From positions 1 to 59,946 of IMG/VR virus record IMGVR_UViG_3300031753_000008: a stretch of DNA of 59,946 nucleotides. One strand, 5' to 3'. Below the pieces are notes generated by a model. It searched no databases. It saw only the letters and a program-made list of their open reading frames with translations, and was not told the origin of the DNA. The stretch comes from a virus. Lineage: Duplodnaviria > Caudoviricetes. A program made the position numbers and the translations under genes. Numbering within the stretch: position 1 is the stretch's first letter; each line of letters starts with the position of its first letter. Positions 54,876 through 59,946 of this stretch are shown here, piece after piece.

Positions 54876-55622
54876 GTGACGCGCTCGGAACGGCGTTACA
54901 GGTGCGCAAGAAGCTTGTCGGCGCCCCCGGTTTCGGGGCCGCGCTTTGTCGCCTATTTCCGGGTTTCGACCGATAAGCAGGGCGCCTCGGGGCTGGGGCT
55001 TGAAGCGCAACGCGAGGCCGTCTCCCGCCATGTAGGTGCTGCGGGCGGGCTCGTCGTCGCCGAGTTCACCGAGGTCGAGACCGGCACCCGAAAACGCCAC
55101 CGGCCGCAGATGATGGCGGCGCTGGCGGCATGCCGGCTGAGGCGCGCCGTCTTGGTCATCGCCAAGCTCGATCGGCTGGCGCGCAACGTCCATTTCGTCT
55201 CGGGGCTGATGGAAGCCGGCGTCGAGTTCGTCGCATGCGACAACCCGCATGCGACGCGCGTCCTGGTCCACATCATGGCGGCCTTTGCCGAGTACGAGGC
55301 CGAGGCGATCTCGCGCCGCACCAAGGAAGCCTTGGCCGCCGCCAAGGCGCGCGGCGTCAGGCTCGGCAACCCGCATTTGAAGCCCGGCGACCGTTTCGGC
55401 CTGGCGCGTGCGGCGCGGCGTGCCCGTGCGGTGCGGGCGCAGGAGCGCGCCGCCGACGTGATGCACTTCATCGCTGCGGCGCAAGCCGCGGGCTGCGCCA
55501 GCCTCGGCGAGATCGCGCGCGCTTTGACCGCGCGCGGCATCGACACCCCGGGCGGCGGCCATGAGTGGCGCGCCGAGCAGGTCAAGCGAGTCATTCAACG
55601 CGCGGGGGATGCGAACCGGTGA
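54876..55622 (+). CDS. Serine recombinase (resolvase domain plus recombinase/HTH domain); start uncertain
   Basis: VAYFRVSTDKQG, RPQM, AKLDRLARN, ISRRTK and IARALTARGI.T..G..W. Confidence 0.92.
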   Translation: MTRSERRYRCARSLSAPPVSGPRFVAYFRVSTDKQGASGLGLEAQREAVSRHVGAAGGLVVAEFTEVETGTRKRHRPQMMAALAACRLRRAVLVIAKLDRLARNVHFVSGLMEAGVEFVACDNPHATRVLVHIMAAFAEYEAEAISRRTKEALAAAKARGVRLGNPHLKPGDRFGLARAARRARAVRAQERAADVMHFIAAAQAAGCASLGEIARALTARGIDTPGGGHEWRAEQVKRVIQRAGDANR

Positions 55623-55936
55623 ACATCGAAGCCGAGATCATCGATTTCGGTTGCGCCTATCCCCTCGACGATGCGCCGATCCGCTATTGCGGCTGCCGGC
55701 GGCGGGTCGGATCGAGCTATTGCGAGGCGCACCATGCGCTGTGCTACCTGCCGCGCGGCTCGCGCGCCGAAGAACGCCTGCTAGGCTATCACCGATGGCT
55801 GGCGCGCGTCGGGCAGCGGACGATCCGCGATTGCCTGTGGGCGCAGCGTGAAGACGCTCGCCGCGCGGCTGCGGCTGTTGCCGGCGCGGGTCAATCTCCC
55901 TCAGAAGAAAGCTGCCCCGCTCTACGCCTCGCCTGA
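55619..55936 (+). CDS. GcrA-like C-terminal domain protein
   Basis: CAYPL...YCG...SYCEAHHALCY. Confidence 0.75.
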   Translation: MNIEAEIIDFGCAYPLDDAPIRYCGCRRRVGSSYCEAHHALCYLPRGSRAEERLLGYHRWLARVGQRTIRDCLWAQREDARRAAAAVAGAGQSPSEESCPALRLA

Positions 55937-56195
55937 ATGGCGCTCGCTGATCGCGTCGATCATCGCCGAGCGCGGCCGGCGTTGTGAAGACCCGGCCCAT
56001 GATCCGGGGCGTCCGCGCGCCGGGGTGCGTCTCTTTGGCGACCACATCAAGGAACTCGCCGACGGCGGGGCGCTCCTCGACCGGCGCAACATCATGCTGC
56101 TCTGCGGCGCGTGCCATTCGCGCAAGACCGCGGCCGCCCGCGCAAGGCGCCAGGGGGATGGGGGTTTCCCGTCGCCGTCGCCGACGCACGAGTAA
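55848..56195 (+). CDS. Terminase-associated HNH endonuclease
   Basis: YASPEWR, DHIKELADGG and LCGACHSRKT. Confidence 0.9.
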   Translation: MKTLAARLRLLPARVNLPQKKAAPLYASPEWRSLIASIIAERGRRCEDPAHDPGRPRAGVRLFGDHIKELADGGALLDRRNIMLLCGACHSRKTAAARARRQGDGGFPSPSPTHE

Positions 56196-56258
56196 CCGCG
56201 TGGGACCGCACGCGCAGAGTTTTTTTGGCGTCTTGAGAATTTTGGGGAAATCCTCGAT

Positions 56259-56657
56259 TTGACCGAAAAAGTCACCGGCCGGCCGCCATTCAAGCCGACG
56301 GCGAAGCTGCGGCGCGCGGTCGAGGAGATGCGCGCCTGTGGCGAGGCGCAGGAGACGATCGCGCGGGCGATCGGGTGCAGCGACGAGACCTTGCGCAAGC
56401 ATTTTGCCAACGAGCTGGCGACCGGCCATGCGGTGCGCCGGCGCGAGGTCATCGGGCTCCTGTTCCAGAGCGCGCGCGGCGGCAACGTCTCGGCCCAGCG
56501 CAAGCTCGACGACATGACACGGCCCGGCGCGGCGCGACCGGAAGGCGAAAGGGCGCCCCCACTCGGCAAAAAGGAAGAGGCGCAGGAAGCAGCCCTCCAT
56601 CCCGATGCCGCGACTGACATGGGCGAGCTGATGGCGCGTCGCGCGCGGATGCACTGA
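56259..56657 (+). CDS. terS: Terminase small subunit
   Basis: GRPPFKPT, IARAIGCSDETLRKHF.NEL, GNVSAQ and LGKKE. Confidence 0.85.
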   Translation: MTEKVTGRPPFKPTAKLRRAVEEMRACGEAQETIARAIGCSDETLRKHFANELATGHAVRRREVIGLLFQSARGGNVSAQRKLDDMTRPGAARPEGERAPPLGKKEEAQEAALHPDAATDMGELMARRARMH

Positions 56658-56809
56658 TGGCGGTCGAAACCGTCGCGATCGGCGACGCGCGCCTCATCCT
56701 CGGCGACTGCCGCGAGATATTGCCGGGGATCGAGCGGCACTGGTTCGACATTGCCTGCCGCCGCATCGAAGAAGCGCAGGCAAAGGTGACGGCCGCCGCC
56801 GCGGCGTAA
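56657..56809 (+). pseudogene. Internally deleted N4/N6 DNA methyltransferase (50 aa)
   Basis: IGDARLILGDCREILP joined directly to GIERHWFDIACRRIEEAQ; DPPY and FxGxG are absent. Confidence 0.8.
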
Positions 56810-56824
56810 GCCCGAATTCGCAAA

Positions 56825-58513
56825 ATGTGGGACCTGTCGTGCCGGGACTGGGAAGAGCGGATACGGCAGGGCCGCCCGCTGGTGCCCGAGCTGCCGCTGT
56901 GGCGCGAGGAAGCCGACATCGCGGTCGAGTTCTTCGACCGGTTGCGGCTGCCCGACGTCGTCGGCAATCCGACAATGGCCGAGGCTTGCGGCGAGTGGTG
57001 GCGCGACATCATCCGCGCGTTGTTCGGTTCGCTCGACCCGGTCGCGATGACGCGCTGGATCGAGGAAATATTCGCGCTAGTTGCGAAAAAGAATTCGAAG
57101 ACCACCTACGGCGCCGGGCTAATGCTGACGGCGCTCTTCATGAACCGGCGGCCGCTCGCCGAATTTCTGTTTATCGCCGTTACTCACTCGATCGCCGACC
57201 TCGCCTTCAGCCAGGCGGCGGGCATGATCGAGCTTGATCCCGAGCTGAAGCGGCGCTACCGGGTGCGCGAGCACATCAAGGAAATCCGCGACCGGATCAC
57301 CGGGGCCCGGCTCAAGATTAAGACCTTCGATTTGAACGTGCTGACCGGGCCGCGGCCGGCGGGTGTGTTTCTCGACGAATTGCACCTGCTCGGCGGCGTC
57401 GCCGCGGCATCGAAAATCATTCGGCAATTGCGCGGCGGTCGCGAGGCGATCCCGGAAGGGTTTCTGGTTTTTTGCACGACCCAGTCGGAGGACGCGCCGG
57501 CCGGGGCCTTTGCCGAGGAGTTGGGAACCGCGCGTGCGATCCGCGACGGCCATCGCTCGGGCAAGATGCTGCCGGCGCTTTATGAATTCCCGCGGGAATT
57601 GCAGAAGTTGTCGGTCGCAGGAGAGCCGGCGCCGTGGGAGAATCCCGCAGCGTGGCCGATGGTTACGCCCAATCTCGGGCGCTCATTGCGGCTCGATAGC
57701 CTGATCGAGAAGTTCGGCGAGGCCAAGGAAAAGGGCGACGCCTCGTTGCGTGGATGGGCCTCGCAGCATTTGAATGTCGAGATCGGCCTCGCCTTGCATT
57801 CGGCGCGGTGGGCCGGCGCTGATTTCTGGGAAGGGGCGGCCGACCCGAGCCTGTCATTGCTGGCGCTATTGGCGCGCAGCGAAGTCGTGTGCATCGGGAT
57901 CGACGGCGGCGGCCTCGACGACCTATTGGGGCTGGCGGTATTGGGCCGCGAGAGCGGCAGCGAGCGCTGGCTGCATTGGGGCCGCGCGTGGGCGCACACC
58001 TCGGTATTGGAGCGGCGCAAGAGCGAGGCAGCGCGGCTGCGCGACCTCGCCGCAGCCGAGGAATTGGTCATCGTCGAGCGGCTCGGCGACGACATCGACG
58101 AGTTGGCCCAGATCTGCGAGCACGTGCTCAACACCGGTCTTTTGGCGCAGATCGGTCTCGACCCGGTCGGGATCGGCGTCGTGGTCGACGCCTTGGCGCA
58201 GCGCGAGATGACCGGAGAGAGCGGCCATGTCATCGGGATCAGCCAGGGCTGGAAGCTCTCGGGTGCGATCAAGACAGCCGAGCGCAAGCTCGCCGAGGGC
58301 AGCCTCGCGCATTGCGGCCAGGCGCTGATGGCGTGGGCGGTCGGCAACGCCAAGGTCGAGCCACGCGGCAACGCGATCACGATCACCAAGCAAGCCGCCG
58401 GCTACGCCAAGATCGACCCTGTAATGGCGCTCTTCGACGCGGTCGCGTGCCTGTCACAGAACCCGCCGTCGCGGCGCTCGGTCTACGAGAAGCGCGGGCT
58501 GTTGGTCATTTGA
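56825..58513 (+). CDS. terL: Terminase large subunit
   Basis: VAKKNSKT Walker A, FLDELH, TTQS, GIDGGGLDD and KIDPVMA. Confidence 0.95.
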   Translation: MWDLSCRDWEERIRQGRPLVPELPLWREEADIAVEFFDRLRLPDVVGNPTMAEACGEWWRDIIRALFGSLDPVAMTRWIEEIFALVAKKNSKTTYGAGLMLTALFMNRRPLAEFLFIAVTHSIADLAFSQAAGMIELDPELKRRYRVREHIKEIRDRITGARLKIKTFDLNVLTGPRPAGVFLDELHLLGGVAAASKIIRQLRGGREAIPEGFLVFCTTQSEDAPAGAFAEELGTARAIRDGHRSGKMLPALYEFPRELQKLSVAGEPAPWENPAAWPMVTPNLGRSLRLDSLIEKFGEAKEKGDASLRGWASQHLNVEIGLALHSARWAGADFWEGAADPSLSLLALLARSEVVCIGIDGGGLDDLLGLAVLGRESGSERWLHWGRAWAHTSVLERRKSEAARLRDLAAAEELVIVERLGDDIDELAQICEHVLNTGLLAQIGLDPVGIGVVVDALAQREMTGESGHVIGISQGWKLSGAIKTAERKLAEGSLAHCGQALMAWAVGNAKVEPRGNAITITKQAAGYAKIDPVMALFDAVACLSQNPPSRRSVYEKRGLLVI

Positions 58514-58779
58514 AAATAACGGTCCTCGGGAAGAAATCCGGGGACGCGCTGGAGTTTGGCAAAGTCCTCGCGGCTGCGCACGACGAGCGCCTCGCCCCAA
58601 AGCGCATCGAGAATGATCGTGGCGGCTTCGGGGCGCATATCTGAGGATCTGGGAGCGCCCAGGACAGACACGTTCTCGATGACCAGCAGACTGAGCGTAG
58701 GGCTGTCGGGCGATAAACGACCGATCCCATGCAGTTCGCCGATGACCGCGCCATCGAAGACGACCGGGTAAATCTCCAT
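58483..58779 (-). CDS. Antisense-oriented hypothetical protein (moron-like)
   Basis: Globular-looking ORF converging on terL; start uncertain. Confidence 0.5.
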   Translation of the reverse strand: MEIYPVVFDGAVIGELHGIGRLSPDSPTLSLLVIENVSVLGAPRSSDMRPEAATIILDALWGEALVVRSREDFAKLQRVPGFLPEDRYFQMTNSPRFS

Positions 58780-58811
58780 CGCGGTCAGAAGCATAACAGG
58801 CGAGGGGGCGG

Positions 58812-58907
58812 ATGGAAAAGCTCGACGCCCGGCCGCTGTGGCGGCTCGACCTCGCGGCACTCGCCGCTGCGGTCATCACCTTCGCGATCGTCTGTGGCTT
58901 CGGCTGA
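58812..58907 (+). CDS. 31-aa TM micro-protein
   Basis: GAGGGGG RBS; LAALAAAVITFAIVCGFG. Confidence 0.45.
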   Translation: MEKLDARPLWRLDLAALAAAVITFAIVCGFG

Positions 58908-58910
58908 ATT

Positions 58911-59174
58911 GTGTTCGGGTTTCGCCGGCGCTGGCGGCCGCGGCTGCGGGTGACCGCGCTCAACCACGACTTCGCCGCCGCCCAGCCGCATTACGCGATC
59001 GTCGCCGACCATGAACTGACCCCGGCGCAGATGCACCTCGTGTCGCGCGCCTGGCACGCGCTGGCGCCCGGAGGATCGGCGCTGATCATCGACGGCAACG
59101 CCGAGATCCTGTCGCATCGCCTCGAAGCCGCCATTGCTGAGCTGCAGGGCGGCACCGAATTGCTGGACTCCTGA
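58911..59174 (+). CDS. Hypothetical protein coupled to portal
   Basis: Its TGA overlaps the portal ATG. Confidence 0.55.
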   Translation: MFGFRRRWRPRLRVTALNHDFAAAQPHYAIVADHELTPAQMHLVSRAWHALAPGGSALIIDGNAEILSHRLEAAIAELQGGTELLDS

Positions 59175-59946
59175 TGGCCGGCCTCTTTCGCCGGCTCGCC
59201 ACTGCGTTTCGCAAGGACGCGGTGGTCGGGTCCGAGCTCGTCCACGCCTTCAACGAATGGGGCTTGTCGACCGCCGGCATCGCGGTCAACGACGTGACGG
59301 CGCTGCGCTACGTCGCGGTCATGACCTGTGTCGCGATCCTCGCCGAGGACATCGCGAAATTGCCGGTCAGGATGATGCGCCGGCTGCCCAACGGCGGCAA
59401 GGAGCAGGTCGCCAACCATTTCCTCGCCCGGCTGTTGCGCCATCCCAATGCGTGGCAGACCCGGTTCGAGTTCATGGAAATGATGATGGCCTCGGTGGTG
59501 CTGCGCGGCAACGCCTGGGCGGTCATCCTGCGCGACGCGAACGGGTTTCCGACGCAATTGGTGCCGCTGCACCCCGACCGGGTGACCCTGTTCGAGGCGC
59601 CCGGCGGCGAATGGTTCTGGGTCGTGACGCGCCAAGGGCTGCACGAAATGGCAGTCCTTCGCGACATGCCGGTCATGATCCATTCCGACGACATGCTGCA
59701 CATCCGCTGGCTGCAAACCTGGCATAGCCTCTTGGGCACGCATCGCGTGGCGCTGATGCGCGAGACGATCGGCCTCGGCATGGCGCAGGAGCAATACGCG
59801 ACCCGGCTGATGGGCTCGGGTGCGCGGCCGGGCGGTGTTCTCCAGACCGACCGAAAGTTGTCCGAGGAAGCTTTTGAGAGGCTGCGTGACGGCTTCAACC
59901 AAAATTACGCCGGGCTGCGCAATGCCGGCCGTACCGCGATCCTCGA
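59174..59946 (+). CDS. HK97-family portal protein, N-terminal part (continues into 1-736; about 445 aa in total)
   Basis: ATG at 59174 reads MAGLFRR...AVMTCVAILAEDIAKLP...LLRHPNAWQTRFEF...LRGNAWA...LVPLHPDRV. In frame with the ORF at 5 across the overlap. Confidence 0.95.
   Translation, partial: MAGLFRRLATAFRKDAVVGSELVHAFNEWGLSTAGIAVNDVTALRYVAVMTCVAILAEDIAKLPVRMMRRLPNGGKEQVANHFLARLLRHPNAWQTRFEFMEMMMASVVLRGNAWAVILRDANGFPTQLVPLHPDRVTLFEAPGGEWFWVVTRQGLHEMAVLRDMPVMIHSDDMLHIRWLQTWHSLLGTHRVALMRETIGLGMAQEQYATRLMGSGARPGGVLQTDRKLSEEAFERLRDGFNQNYAGLRNAGRTAIL
59776..59946 (+). repeat. Terminal overlap, copy 2
   Basis: Direct repeat of 1-171, lying inside the portal gene. Confidence 0.97.

Larger units (their letters stand above)
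1..59946. mobile_element. Complete temperate phage genome (HK97-like head, non-contractile tail), excised/circular form, probable Alphaproteobacteria host
   Basis: Full set of packaging, head, tail, lysis, integration, immunity and replication modules. Ends overlap by 171 bp and attP is intact. GcrA-, GapR-, DUF2460- and DUF2163-like genes point to an alphaproteobacterial host. No sheath gene recognised. Confidence 0.95.

Noticed and set aside
54876-55622. Tail-fibre invertase (Gin/Cin-like) system
   Set aside because: The recombinase is far from the fibre genes, all fibre genes are co-oriented, and I saw no inverted cassette or flanking inverted repeats.

Overview
The window looks like a complete, circularly permuted genome (about 59,775 bp) of a temperate, siphovirus-type phage of an alphaproteobacterium. 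Bases 1-171 recur at 59776-59946 with one mismatch, and the join restores an intact portal gene. Gene order: HK97-type head (portal, protease, capsid); neck and tail genes with a -1 frameshifted chaperone and a tape measure carrying a lysozyme domain; an RcGTA-like tail tip (DUF2460, DUF2163, NlpC/P60, split J-like hub); a long fibre/spike-like cluster; a DUF1906 lysin and membrane/lysis genes; a leftward accessory operon; attP (3' half of tRNA-Gln) with tyrosine integrase and Xis; a recombination arm (YqaJ, ERF, J-domain); a lambdoid immunity switch with readable operators and promoters; replication genes with ori iterons; host-like GapR, HU and GcrA genes; a serine recombinase; HNH; and terminase. 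The most striking feature is that at least seven fibre, spike or adhesin-like genes downstream of the tail tip start with Sec-type signal peptides, and two share a Cys pair in a homologous domain. This suggests virion appendages that are exported and folded in the periplasm. Other leads: a membrane-anchored DEDDh exonuclease in the immunity region, a glycosyltransferase-like gene inside the tail-tip module, a Cys-rich mini-protein in the neck operon, and two separately gutted DNA methyltransferases. All family assignments are from motif recognition by eye, not database searches.
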